A DNA stretch of 64,000 bases from Neovahlkampfia damariscottae (taxonomy: Eukaryota), in assembly GCA_016618085.1 (NCBI GenBank), contig JABLTG010000030.1, positions 62,001 to 126,000 of the forward strand, read 5' to 3'. Position 1 is the stretch's first letter. Every line of letters starts with the position of its first letter. The notes beneath the pieces were generated by a model. That model saw only the letters and a list, made by a program, of their open reading frames with translations, made no database searches and was not told the origin of the DNA. Position numbers and translations under genes: made by a program. This document shows positions 11,228 to 23,998 of the stretch, piece by piece.

Positions 11228-13597
11228 ATGGTGGAAATTGATGCAAACATGATGGAACAATTCATTAATTCAGGAAAATGGAAAAATATATTTTTCTTCA
11301 ATCCTGGCAATCACAGAGTGTTCAAACTTGGAGACAAAGAAGTCACACTCATTAGAAAACTCATAAAAAAATGTATTAAAACTAAAGAGTACATGAGAAT
11401 GGATGTTTTAACGACATATATCATTCAAGAACAAAACTTTCACCTGTTAGATATCTTTTCAGATGATCATATTGACATTGGAAATGTTTTTCAATTTTTA
11501 CACACTTTTAAAGATTTGGTTTACTTTAGAACTGAAAAACCGAATGAACATCAAAAGAAATTTTATAAATATTTAATAGATAAACTTAGTTTAGTATTTA
11601 AAACTTCAGATTATGATGAAAGAGTGATGAAAGAATATGCTAAATTGTTAGTAATGGTTGATAAAACAATAGCAAAAGAATTATTTGTAATCATAAAAAA
11701 AACAACAAAAAAGTTTTTTTTTACATTTGAGTATCCACGTTTTTTATCTGAAATTGTTGAAAATTTGGATTTAGAAGATACTACATTTTTTGTTGAATTT
11801 TATTTAAAAAAGTTTTCAAAATTCTCTCAAATGGAAATAGTTTATACAACAGTTATTGAACTATTTCAAAAAATGCTAACTTCAAACTTATGTGAAAAGC
11901 CAATGGATATCTTTTTAAGGTAACTATCAATTTGATTGGATTAATTAAACCCTCAGTTATATTCCGAAAATATTTGAAATGATGATTAAATTATCTTTAG
12001 AACATGATAAAAAAGATAAAAAGTACAAAAAAATAATCGACTCAAAGTATTCTGGACCACATGAAATTCTTCAAAAAATGAGTGAGAAATATGGTCAACT
12101 CATTTCAACAATATTTTTAGAAGATAGAGAAGCAGTTATTTTAATTGTGATCCCTTTAATCAAAGAACATTTGAAATCAGATGATTTAGTAATTTTCAAT
12201 TCAACTTGTAGTCTATTTATTTCTTTCCGTTTCAATGAAAAAGAATCAAATGATATTATTGATTATGGATTTGTTGACTTGATTTGGAAAAGAGTGAATG
12301 ATAAAAATGTAATTTTTAAATTCAATTTTTACTTTTATTGTGTAGATGACTGTTTTGTATTTGTTCAATTTATTGGATGTTATGGTTGAAAGAGAAATAG
12401 AACAAGTGACTAAAATATATCCAATACTATATAAACTAATCTCTGAAGAATCACTTGATCCTCAATTTTATATCGCAATGGCTGAATTCATCAAAAGTCT
12501 CAAAAATTCAAAGATGAAAGATGTGATTGATTTTCCTTCAATCATAAAAAAATTGATGGAACAAATAACTTTAAAAGAAGAGAAATTTTTTTCATTTCAC
12601 TACAAAGAAATATTATATTTGGTGGAATCATTTTTTGAATATCCTGATTTTGATTTGTCGAATAATGAATTCAAACAATTAATGGAATATTTCATCACGA
12701 CATTTGAAAACAAGATCCACAAAATTTCTTCTTTTCATCAAACAGTCAACACTTTATTCACTAAAATGAAAAGAAAAGCAATTATATTTTTAGAAATGGT
12801 GTGCAAATCAATTCTCAAAATTTTAAATGAAATACATCACTATTTTGGATACTGGTATTCAGATAGTGTAGTTAGTACACTAGAATTAATTCAAACAATA
12901 GTAAGAATTTTTCCGACAGATTTTGATCTAATGATTCAATCAAATTTTATTAAACAAATGATAGATCTTTTGGATAACAACCAAGGCAAAGTTAGATCAG
13001 TATGTTGCTCTATTTTATCAGAAATGTGTTCTTATTCGTCAGATTCGTTAAGAACTTATATGTCAAATTATTCACGTGAAAATCAAAGTGAAGAGTTAAT
13101 GTAAAGAAACTAATTGTTTTAATAATTGTAGATGTATTTATTCTTTTGTTGAATTGTACTATGGAACTTCAATTGATGATATTGAAAACATAAAATATCT
13201 TGATTCTGCAATTTTTAATATTTCTCAATACAAATCAAAAGAAGATATAAATAGAGATAAAATGACTTTCTTTTGTTCCATGTTAACATTGAGTTCCGAA
13301 ACAAAGAGAGATTTTAAAATGGTGAACTCAAAATTTAAACAATTTGGAAAACAATATTATTCAGTGATATCATTGTATTGGGATTTATTGAGTGAAAATC
13401 AAAGGGAACTTGTAATTGATTCATTTTCAAAATTGGTTTTTGAAAATATTGAATTTTGTGATCAGGAAATATTTCCAAATCTTGATATTCAAAATATCAA
13501 AAATAGAAAAGAAATTGAAAATATTCTTTATGGAAAATATCACAAATTATTACCTGGAATAATTCAACCACATGATTTATTCTTTTCTTTTGAATAA
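11228..13597 (+). CDS. Alpha-solenoid (ARM/HEAT-like) hypothetical protein, 3 introns
   Basis: Four ORFs joined by GT-AG mini-introns (~11920, ~12309, ~13101). Helical repeat-like segments such as LIKEHLKSDD and LLDNNQGKVRSVCCSILSEM. Confidence 0.6.
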
Positions 13598-13671
13598 AGA
13601 TATTCAATTTCGAAATTGATTTCAGGTCTATTTATAGAACATGTGATTGGTTGAGTCAGCATTCTACTCAA

Positions 13672-14262
13672 ATGAAAAGAAGAAACGTCATCAACTTTTA
13701 TCGTCAAAACGACGAATATGGATGTTTCTCTAATTTTTCAGAGCATGAAATTAAACTTGAAGAGAGTAAATAGAAAACAAAAAAAACTAAAAAAAAAAGA
13801 AATTTGGCCAACAAGTGAGCATTGTAAATCAAAGAAAAAAAGTTAATCATTTCAGACTTTCAAGCAAAAAAATTTGAAGGTACAAAATATGAAGAAATGG
13901 TTCGAAAAACTACAACTCCTGGAGGTTTGAAAAAAAAATAATTCAACTGATTTTCAGAATCTGCAAAAATGGGGAGAGACAGATATTTACCCTTAAGAAA
14001 GGATTGGGAAGAAGTTAAAGAAGATATAATGTACAAAGTTTGTTTAGCAAAATTCACCCAACATGATGATTTGAAAAAAATTTTAATTTCGACCAAAGAT
14101 GCCAAATTGGTGGAACATACACGAAATGATAGTTATTGGGTGAAATTATTCTATTAATTAATGGAATTTTTTTAGGGTGATGGCGGAGATGGAACTGGAA
14201 AAAATAGACTCGGTTTCATTTTAATGAAAGTAAGAGAGACCATAAAAAAATCAAATCTTTAA
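13672..14262 (+). CDS. NADAR/YbiA-family N-glycosidase, 4 introns
   Basis: Spliced translation INFYRQNDEYGCFSNF..WPTSEHYFQAKKF..AKMGRDR..PLRKDWEEVK..AKFTQH..LVEHTRNDSYWGDGGDGTGKNRLGFILMKVRE contains the canonical NADAR motifs. Confidence 0.93.
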
Positions 14263-15478
14263 AGTTTTTTTTTTTTTTGAATTTGTTCCTCATTTTGTTC
14301 ATTTTTTTTTCTTTTTCTTTTTATTTTCAAATCCAAATCAGAACACTTATCCAAAAATATTTTCATTTTTTCTTTGATCAATTTCATCTTCTCTAATAAC
14401 TCAAGATGAATAGGAATCTCTTGTTCATCTTTTATCTTCACTTTTGTCAATATTTTCAACCAATTCTTCACCAAAGGAATATAGTTTTGATATAACTCCA
14501 ACAGAGAATCTTCAAGATTTTTGAAAGTCTCTTCAGTGTCATTATTCCTCAAATAATGAAAAGATTGCTTGAGATCAATTTCTATTTCTTCATTATCATT
14601 TAAATTCACATCTTCATCTTCATTTTCATTTCCTCCTATTGTCATCCATTCTTCTTCATCTTCTTCTTGAAATTCTTGGACTGAATAATCTGGTACAATT
14701 AATTGAAAACAAATATCTGATTTTTCTAATATAGATTCTATTTCTATTAATTTATCACTGTATTCATTTTTCAATTTCAAATATTTTTCGATTAATCTTT
14801 CATTTAAAATTTTCTAGAAAATATTAGAATTGTTCAACCAATCATGATTACGTTTCGTTCTTCTTGTTCTTGTAAAAGTTCCTCCGGTGATTTATATTTA
14901 ATTTTTAATCCATTTTTGATATATTCAAATGATACAGTTAATTTTGGATAGAGTTTAGAAAAATCTTTTGTCCATTGTTCAATAAATTGCTGGAAAATTA
15001 TTAATAAAACCGTGTACAATATTGTATTACATAAGATGTTTTTTTCAATTTTGCAGCATATTCTTTAGGAGCTGGTAAAACATTTACAGTGAAATCTTTT
15101 GAATTTGATCTCCTTCCTTTGTTTGGATGATCAATATCTCTACCTAGATTATCATTCACTGGTTTTGAACCTGTGATTGTAAATTCAATTAATTTCTCCA
15201 AAGAATTAGTCATTAATTGACGAAAGACAGAAGATCTTTTAAATAGTTCGTTACAAATCAATAAAGAAATATAACGTTTCTAATGTTAAAAAAAAAATAA
15301 TTTTTACTTTTGAATCTTTTGATTTCAAAAAATTGAAAAGTTGGTCATAAGCAACATTAACATTAGTTTCTGATTTTTTCACAATATTTTTAATTTTCTT
15401 CATTAAATCATCTTTTAGTTCTGTCTCTTTTGTTATTTGATGTGAAATAGTTGAGTTTAATTCATATCGTTCTTCCAT
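14259..15478 (-). CDS. UVSSA: UV-stimulated scaffold protein A-like (VHS-like N-terminal domain), 3 introns
   Basis: MKKIKNIVKKS, ELFKRSSVFRQL, LPAPKEYAAKLK and IEQWTKDF..YPKL align with the UVSSA N-terminal domain. Shorter than animal UVSSA. Confidence 0.78.
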
Positions 15479-15567
15479 CTCCTCTCTTCAGGTTTCAAAA
15501 AAAAAGAAAAGACCTTGTGATTGGTTGATTTTTTAATAATTTATTGAAGCTTCAACTTTTAATAGTA

Positions 15568-15642
15568 AAAATCAGAAAGACTCATCGGATATATCTTCAG
15601 TAATTCTGTTAGTAATAGCAACGTTTTTCTTCATCATTGAAA
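15568..15642 (-). ncRNA. Candidate box C/D snoRNA
   Basis: Minus strand reads ATGATGA (box C, 15637-15631), CTGA (D'), CGATGA (C'-like) and CTGA (box D, 15575-15572) over 66 nt, inside an unusually long non-coding spacer. No clear terminal stem and no target identified. Confidence 0.4.
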
Positions 15643-15760
15643 TATATTAATGGAAATGCCGTTAAAGTTCTTAAAAAAATGAAAATAAAAATCATTGTGG
15701 TTTGAAAAAGTCAATACAATTCAAAATTAAAAAAAATGATACAAATTCATCATCTGTTTA

Positions 15761-17654
15761 TTACATTCTTGATCTATTATGTTCAACTGATTGATGAGAA
15801 AAATATAAAACAAAAATAACCCAAATATGAATCAAAATAATATAAAGAACAAACAGAACTCTTAAAATTGGTAACTTTCTCAAATAAGTTCCACTAAAAA
15901 CAAGAAATTAATTGACCAATCGAATAATACCTTGATAAGCTGAATTTATCAACATTATGCATAAATACAGCAACTTTATTTGCAGCCCATCCTCTATTTG
16001 ACAAATCATGAAAAAATTTAGTAGTCTTCATTGGAACAGATGATTCTATTGGATCATAATCAAATTCATTTGATCTCTTATTTGGATTCATTCTTGACAT
16101 CAATTCAATATCTTTCACTTTTTGATTTTCTTTTTCCAATTGTAAGAGTAATGCTGATTTTTCTGATTTTAAAGTTTCCAGATGAGATTGTTTTTCTATT
16201 AAATGTTCTGTCATTGCTTTAATTCTATCTTCAAATTCATTTTCAGGTTTTGTTAAATTTTGTTTTTGTACTTTCTTTTCTAAGTCTGAAATGATTTGCT
16301 CTTTTTCTTGAACGCATTTCGATAATTTCTTGATTTCATTGGATGTCTTTTGATTGGATTCATCTGAATTAATTCTAAATGAAGCAAAATTACTTTGAAC
16401 TTTTGAAACGTTCTCTTTTTGAATCTGTAAACTTTGTTCCAAATTTTTTATTTTGACTTTTGAAGAAATTGACTCCGCTTCATATTGTCTCTTCAGTAAC
16501 TATAAAATTTAATAATTTCTTTTCTTTGTTTTACTTCTATTGATAATTTTAAATCTTGATTTTCAGATTTCAAATTTTCCAACTCCAAAATAAATGAACC
16601 ATTATCTATTTGTTCTTTTTCTTCTGTATTAGTCATTTCAGAGTTGGTTTTTAATTTTTGAATTTCTTCATCTTTTGACTGGAATTTTTTATTTTAAAAA
16701 TTTTTTTTTCTTTACTTTAAAAACTTCAAGTGCTCGATTTTTGTATTGATCAAATTCTATTTTTTTTGTTTTCCATTCATTTTCTCTCAAAGTCATTTCT
16801 TCATTTAATCTTTTGATTTCATTCATTTTTGAATTCAAACTATTATTCAATTCCAATAATTCATTTTCAAAATTTGATTTTTCTTCAAGTAAGCTACTTT
16901 CTCTCTTTTGGGATATAAATTCATGAGTTCAATTCTTACTTTTTCTGATTTATTTTTAAATTGTTTGAAATTCTCTTGTTGACTTTTTAATTCAAAATTC
17001 AGTTTTGAAATTGTATCTTTTAATTGAATAGAATTACCTGTTTGTAAGTCTTCCACTTTATGAATTTCATTTCTTAAATCTTCTTTTTCATTTCTCATTT
17101 TGGAGAGAACATCATCTTTTTGTTTTAATTGTTGTATTGCTTTGTTGAGAGATTAAAAATAAAAAAATAAAAAAAATACTTTCTTTCAATTGATTTTCCA
17201 ACTCTTTTTGTCTTTTTTCTTTACTTTCTATACTTAATGAGTACTGTGTTTCAATTTGATTTTTTTCTTTTAAAAGTGATGAAATTTGGTTCTCTAATCT
17301 CTTCTCCATATCAGAAATATATGTTTCTTTTGTTTTTATTTCTTTTTCTTTTTCTTTCATTTTTTTCAAAACTTCTTCTTTATCATCTTGAAAATCTTTC
17401 AATTTTTCATATATTTCTAAAATTTCCAACTTCAAACTTTTCTTTTATTTTTATTTTTTATCTTACAAATCAGATTCATTATTTGTTCCTTCTGGATTTT
17501 GTTTTTTATATTCTTCAATTTTTTTCTCAAGTTCAACTACTTTTTGTTTTTTGAATTCTGATAAATTTTGGGTTTGTCCTTTTTTTAATGTTGAAGCAGC
17601 TGTTTGATCAACAGAATCTAAAACATTTTCAACAAATTGTAACGTCTTCCACAT
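15761..17654 (-). CDS. GOLGA5: Golgin-84-like tail-anchored coiled-coil Golgi protein, 6 introns
   Basis: N-terminal MWKTLQFVENVLDSVDQTAA, long coiled coil, LIEKQSHLETLKSEKSALLLQLE, and C-terminal YLRKLPILRVLFVLYIILIHIWV transmembrane segment, all golgin-84 hallmarks. Confidence 0.85.
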
Positions 17655-17753
17655 ATCAACAAAAAACTTTTTTACAACAAAAATGAAATGATTGGTTACA
17701 CAAAAAATCGTTAAACTTGAAGTAAAAAAAGATGAAGTCAAAAAAAAATATTT

Positions 17754-18965
17754 TCAAAATTTTCTTTTTTTTTCTGGTGGTGATTCTAATGATTTCATTA
17801 AAGTTTCCTTTTTCCCTATTAAAGCTTCTAAAGATGTCTCTTTTCGAAGCACTTTTTTTTGTAAATCTAATAATTTTGATATTTTATATTTCAAATGTTC
17901 ATGTTCAATTAAAATCTTTTCAGTTGGAATTGGTTCAATACTTAAATCATTTTCTGACAAAACTGAATCAATTCTTCTTGAGTTTGAGTTTTCATGAGCT
18001 TTTCCTTTCAAAAGAAGAGAACAATAAATTCCAGGTTTTAGAGTATTCAAGTCAGGCATATTTGAAACAAATCCATCAACAATAAAAGCATCTAAATCAA
18101 TCTTTTCAATTTCTTTTTTTTTCTTTTGTTTTTTTGCTTCTAATTGTCTTTGTTTTTTAATTTCCTCTATTTTTCTTAATTTTTCTTTAAGTTCATTTTC
18201 TTTTTCCTCATCTTCTTTTGTTCTATTAAACGTTTGTTCTAATTGTTCTCTTCTCTTAACCGCACCATCTATGATGAAGTTAGTTTTTCGATTTTTTTTC
18301 TTACCATGATCAAAAACGGTTCCATAAATTGGTGTCATTAATCTTCCATGTTTAATTCTCATTTCTTGTAAAATTTTTGTAATCATATAATATCTTTTTT
18401 TCAAATCCTTTTTTTTTTAAATTTAAACTTTTTTTACTTCAATAGATTTTGTTTTGTTTGAAAAACGATCATGAACAATCGTAAATCTTAAATCAAATTT
18501 TTTACATAAACCAAATAATTCTCTTGTTTCATTCATTGACCAATTTCCAGCATCTTTTTGGAAGATTTAAATAAAAAAAAAAGTGTTACCAAGATTTGAT
18601 ATTTGTTGAAATTCTTCTTCTGTAGGGTACAAAGCAGGAAATAATAAATTCAACTTTGCGAATGGATAATCTATTGGTTGAGTTGTAACTTTCTCCCAAT
18701 GATACATTTGAAGACTCTTTGGAAATGATGATGATTTTATTTTCTTCCATTCCCATTTTTGAGTTGGTTTTTTAACAATTTCTTTTTTTTGTTTTTCTTG
18801 TTGTATTTGTACTTTTGTTTTTGGTGGTTCATTTGTTGGTAATTTTCTTTTTTCTTTGAATAAAGTTGTTGTAGGTGTTAATTGTGGTTTTCCACCTGTT
18901 AAGGCTAACAATTCTCTTGAAGCTTTTTGTTTTTTTTTTTCAGGTGTTTTTGGTTCAACTGACAT
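17754..18965 (-). CDS. DMAP1: DMAP1/Swc4 (NuA4/SWR1 subunit, SANT domain), 2 introns
   Basis: RELLALTGG, WEWK, YHWEK, DYPFAKLN, and SANT WSMNETRELFGLCKKFDLRFTIVHDRF..SIEDLKKRYY. Confidence 0.9.
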
Positions 18966-19013
18966 AAGAAAAATCTAATTGGTTAATTGTTTAAATTCTA
19001 TACAATTAAAAAT

Positions 19014-19832
19014 TTATTGATATTGATTCATATTTTTTTGTTGATTCATACTAATTTTCATTACTGGAGCATTATAAGAGTTGATATTTTGTTGTTGATT
19101 TTGTTGAAGTTGTTGGTTTTGAAGTTGTTGTTGTTGTTGTTGGAATTGTTGTATTTGTTGTTGTTGATAATATTGTTTCATTTCTTGTTGTTTTTGAAAT
19201 TGTTGTTGTTGTTCCATATTCATTGCCCCATAATCTTCTTCTTCATCTTCTTCTTCTTCTTCAGGAGCATTATCAGGAGCGTTAAGACAAGCTTGAATGA
19301 GATTTTTACCTTCAATTTTTGTAATTAAAGGTTGTAATCTAATTTTTTTTAAAAGAATAAAATCTCTTACTTTGGTGTGGCAAAAGTATAAACATGACCT
19401 GTTTCTGAAGCAACAAGTAAAAGTGCTTGAGTACCAGTGAGGGTGCTCAATTCATAAACTTTTTTCATGATTCCTCCTTTTCTCTTAAAAGTTAAATGAA
19501 TTAATGAAATTTTGATTTACTTTTGAAAAGGTGATGTGTCTTTTACTTTTATCTTTTATGTATTCAATTTTGATTTTTCTTCTTCTAGCTTTTTTTGGTT
19601 TGTCATCTTTTTCTCCATCAGAATCTACATCATCATTATTTTGAGGGTTATAAGTTTGTTGTTTGCTCATGTTTACACTTTGAGTTGTAAAGTGTCCTTG
19701 TTGTTGTTGTTGGGTTAATACTTTTGGTTGTGAGGTTTGTAGTTGTACATAAGGATAATTTTGTTGGGTATTTAACATAGTATCATCTGGATTTGTTTCG
19801 TTGTGCATGGAGTTTGTTTGATTGTTTTCCAT
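19014..19832 (-). CDS. SRF/Mcm1-type MADS-box transcription factor with poly-Q regions, 2 introns
   Basis: RRKIKIEYIKDKSKRHITFSK|RKGGIMKKVYELSTLTGTQALLLVASETGHVYTFATPK|LQPLIT..GKNLIQACLNAPD. Confidence 0.93.
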
Positions 19833-20077
19833 CTTGTTGAAACCGTTAACCAATGGATTTCTTTTTCTATTTTTATTGGCGGAGTATTTTTAAATGATAC
19901 TAGTGGATGGTTTTGGCAGAGAAAATTGCCATTTCCTATGTACCTTTCTCGAAGAAGAAAGAAGTTTTAAGAATTAATAGTATGTCATAATTCTTGTGTC
20001 ATAATGAAGAAAAAAACACCAAAACCAAGTTTTTTATTGTGAAAATAGTGAAAATAGTTTCATTGGTCAATGGTACA

Positions 20078-21180
20078 ATGAATTGGAATGATATATCAAC
20101 ACCTCTAGTCATAGACAACGGATCTGATTATTTAAAATATGGTTTACCAGAGTAAAAAACAAAAAACTGAAAACTCTCAGTGACGAAAAACCAAAATTAA
20201 TTCCTAATTTTATTGAAGACAAAGGAAAAGCTATTGAATATGGAATTATAAAAAATTTTGAAAAAGCAGAATCTTTATGGGAACAATGTTTTCAAAATAT
20301 CAAAATTTCAAATACACCTTGTTTATTAACAGAACCTCCAAAATCACCAAACTCAAACAAAGAAAAAATGAGTGAAATATTTTTTGAAAAATACAAGTCT
20401 CCAGGTGTATTTTTTTCATACAGGTTCGAAACAAATTTTTTCTGAAAAAAAAGGTAAAAACAAATTTTTTTCACATGGAACTTTAGTGGAGGTTTGTCTT
20501 TTTCTTTTTAAATTTTTTCAGTTTTGTCATTGTACTCAACTGGTAAATATACATCAATGATAATAGAATGTGGTCATGAAGTCACTCAATTTCTACCAAT
20601 TTATTCAGGAGCTGTAATGGAAAATGGAATTGAAAAGTACAATTATGGAGGAAGTGATATTTCAAATTTTATTTCAAAGAGTTTACAAATCAAAGATGAA
20701 AAAGAAATCAGAAAAATTAAAGAAAAACATTGTTTCATTTCAGAAAATTTCAAAGATGAAAAATTTGAAAAACTCAAATACGAATTACCAGATGGAAAAG
20801 TAATTGAAATTGAAAAAGACTTGTACACCATACCAGAATTTTTATTTCAACCAAATTTAATCGGACTAGAATCTTTGGGTATTTCAACTACAATTCAAAA
20901 TTCAATACAAAAATGTGAAATTGATACAAAGAAAGAAATATCAGAAAGTGTTATTTTAGCAGGTGGAACAACAAGATTAAAAGGTTTTAAAGAAAGAATT
21001 CAAAAAGATATTTCAAGTTCTTATAAATGGAAAGTTGATGTTTCTCATACAGAAAATGAGTTTTCAGCTTGGATTGGAGGATCTATTATTGTTGCTCATC
21101 AAAGTTTTAATAATTTATGGTTCAATAAAAAAGAATATGACGAGTATGGTGTGAAGTATGTCCATCAAAAATGCTCTTAG
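20078..21180 (+). CDS. Divergent actin / actin-related protein
   Basis: PLVIDNGSDYLKYG, PCLLTEPP, VLSLYSTGK, YELPDG, VILAGGTT, SAWIGGSI, KKEYDEYG. Introns 20152-20180, 20424-20453 plus 20454-20486, and 20492-20521. Confidence 0.9.
20424..20521 (+). other. Tandem mini-introns (30 + 33 nt) with zero-length exon, followed by a 5-nt micro-exon and a 30-nt intron
   Basis: TAC AG|GTTCGA..AAAAG|GTAAAA..CTTTAG|TGGAG|GTTTGT..TTCAG|TT TTG gives Y-S-G-V-L-S-L-Y (actin QAVLSLY region). Retaining either unit introduces an in-frame stop. Confidence 0.75.
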
Positions 21181-21191
21181 AAAAATAAGGT

Positions 21192-22055
21192 TTATTCTTC
21201 ATATTCAAATTCTAATATATTTGAACATTTTCTTTTGCATGCAGTTGAAATATCAGATGCATATTTTTTAAAAGGATATGTTGATCGACCTCTTTGTGTT
21301 CTTCCTGATGCACTAACTAATTTGGAACATTCACAAAATTCTCTTTTTTGTGATGACCCATTTGAATGTGATTGAAGGATTAGCATTTTAAATTGAGATT
21401 TTATTCTTTCAGCTTGTGATTGTACACAGGAATTTACATCCATTGCATTGCTTCTTTTTGTTTCTGATAGTTTTTGATTGAGAGAAGCGTCTAAAGAAGA
21501 TTTCCAGTTTGATTGATGATCGCAAACTTTGGCAAAATCTTTTAACTTAACTGCGAAAGTAGCAAGAAAATAAGCTGGATTTTTTTTTCTGCGAGATGTA
21601 AATCTTCCACGAGTTTTGTAATGAGAATCTTCGTAAATTCTCTTGTACAACCTTCCAAATCCTTGAACATTATAATAGTATCCACATGACTTTAAAGATT
21701 TCTTTAATTCATCATACACAAAACCAAAGTCTCCTGTTGGTGATTTCCCTCGGTTTCTCATTCCAGTTCGTCCTGTAGTGATCCAAGGGGAACTGTTTAT
21801 GGAATCTGTGACACAAATAGAGTTATATGATTCTTTAGCACCTCTATTTGCATTTATTACAGGATCAACGTTGAAGTATACATACTGCCCACATGAACAT
21901 TTTGATTGACAAACTCTACCTCCACAAGGGTCGTATCCTAGTGTTTCTGATCCTATGATTTCTAAAATCTGAGCACTTTGACCACATGGAACAGGTAGAG
22001 AAAGTACATTGGAGAGTATGAAGAAAATACATACATAAAAAAGCGGTTGAGTCAT
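21192..22055 (-). CDS. Secreted cysteine-rich basic hypothetical protein, intronless
   Basis: Signal peptide MTQPLFYVCIFFILSNVLS and many Cys residues. No family recognised. Confidence 0.7.
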   Translation of the reverse strand: MTQPLFYVCIFFILSNVLSLPVPCGQSAQILEIIGSETLGYDPCGGRVCQSKCSCGQYVYFNVDPVINANRGAKESYNSICVTDSINSSPWITTGRTGMRNRGKSPTGDFGFVYDELKKSLKSCGYYYNVQGFGRLYKRIYEDSHYKTRGRFTSRRKKNPAYFLATFAVKLKDFAKVCDHQSNWKSSLDASLNQKLSETKRSNAMDVNSCVQSQAERIKSQFKMLILQSHSNGSSQKREFCECSKLVSASGRTQRGRSTYPFKKYASDISTACKRKCSNILEFEYEE

Positions 22056-22121
22056 CAAATTGATTGGTTGAATTTTCTGCCAATCAAATAAATATATGAC
22101 TGAATAATTTTTTATTCATTT

Positions 22122-23854
22122 TTAAATTAAATGTTCATCAACTGGGGCCGCTAGAAATGACTGGACAGCTTCATGGCTTAATAATTCGGATTTATCAACA
22201 ATAAATTGTAAATAAACTTGTAATTGGTCATATCTTTTTTTAATATTTTGAGAAGCTTGATTACCAAGAAGTAACTTCAAAAAAAAAGATTAGACTTAAA
22301 AAAAATGCTTACTTTTTCGGGAAAATGTGGAAAAACATAACCTTTCAGTTTTGAAATTTCTTGATGCATTGATAAAAATTCATTGTACCTCTTTTGCACT
22401 TCATAAGTTTCTAAAATAGTTTGTACTTGAATATTATAATAAACTGGTTTTCCATTTTGATAAGAAATAATATTCGCATTGAGAATGATTGGATATTTTT
22501 TTGCGTTTTGTATAATTTCAGTATTTTTTTTTAAATTTTCTTCAAATTTACCAATAGTTGTTTGAAATGCTTTATCATCTTCATGTAATTCTTCAATACT
22601 CTTTCTGTTATTAATTACTGTTTGTGGAACAACTAATTGATTGGATGAAACTCCATTCAATGAATTTTCCTTCAAAAGTTGGAAAATTCTATTGTCTTTT
22701 GAATCAATTAATCTTCTTAATTCCTTATTTTCATATTCCAATTCTGATATTTGATGAAGTGATTTATTCAATTTTTCTTCATATCCAGTTTTTTCCATTT
22801 CCAATTTTTCAGCTTCTTTCAATATTTCTTCTTGTCCAGAATGTGATTGTAAAAAATCAATTTGTTTTTTTAATTCTAAATTTTCTTGATGTAATGCTTG
22901 ATTGGCTAATTCAAGTTCAATATTTTCAGAGACAATTTGATTTTTTTCTTCTTCTTCAAAAGAATCAAAAAAGTCATCATCATCAATTTCTTCAATATTA
23001 TTAAATTTGAGAACATCTTTTTGAGAAAATTTTTTTGACATATGTTTTGTCAATAACATTGAATACCTTTGAACTGCATTTTGTTTTGCTTCTTGCTGAG
23101 AAATAGTTGTAAATGAATAAGGTGATCCTTTAATATGTTGTTCATCAATTCTAACAATCAAATTATGAACTCCTAAAATTTGTTTAATTTTTTTTTTTTG
23201 TTTTTTACCTTCTTCTTCTGGAGAGAAGACAATATCAGTTGTTTGTTTATGAAAATCTATTTTTACATCAACTTTTACATCTTTTGTTGGTCCAGTACAA
23301 ACAACGAAAATATCTTTGTCAATTACATTGGAACCTTCATCATTTTTTAAAAATAATCTGAAAATATTTTCTTGATGTGTTATAATTCTTCTGGCAACAG
23401 CAACTGTACTTTGATCAATATTGATTTCTGAAACAACAGAAACTGAATGTTTATACTCTTCTCCTTTGAAATTTATCAATATCGTATAAACTCCTTTTGA
23501 AATTGGAACAAATTGATATACTCTTTTTTTTTCTTCTTCTGATATTTCGTTAAATAAAATGTTGTTCTCTTTTGGATCTAAAATGGAAAGTTGAAAATCT
23601 TCAGGAAAAGTTTCTTTCAAGTTTATGGTGAACTCTGAAGAATGATTCATTTTAGTGGTTGTATTTCCTTCAATTGAATAAATTTCTTCATTTTGACTTT
23701 TAAAATTGTCTTCTTTGATATTTTCTTCTTGATTTGTAATTCGTATTTCTTCAACCTTTTCTTCTTCTTCTTCTTCACCGAAACCATCAAAACCATCAGG
23801 TTCATCAGTAATTTCTGTTTGTTGATTTGTGTTTTCAACTTCACCTTCAGACAT
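22122..23854 (-). CDS. Filamin/Ig-repeat + coiled-coil + PX domain protein
   Basis: Filamin-like FSPEEEGVHNLIVRIDEQHIKGSPY after removing an in-frame intron at ~23173-23208. PX motifs VQKRYNEFLSMHQEI, FPHFPEK and KRYDQLQVYLQ. Confidence 0.75.
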
Positions 23855-23998
23855 AGTTGCACCAGATGAATTTTATTGGATAAAAAAAAACTGTTTAACT
23901 TTTGTAGTTGAATGAGATTTTTGTTTTTTATTTTGAGATGAACAGATAAACAGGTTAACTCATAAATGTTTAACAAAAAAAAATGAAAAGTTTTGATT

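Noticed and set aside
10068..14262. RNA ligase and NADAR genes as an operon-like RNA repair cluster
   Set aside because: They are on opposite strands with an unrelated gene between them, each has its own promoter motif, and proximity is expected at this gene density.
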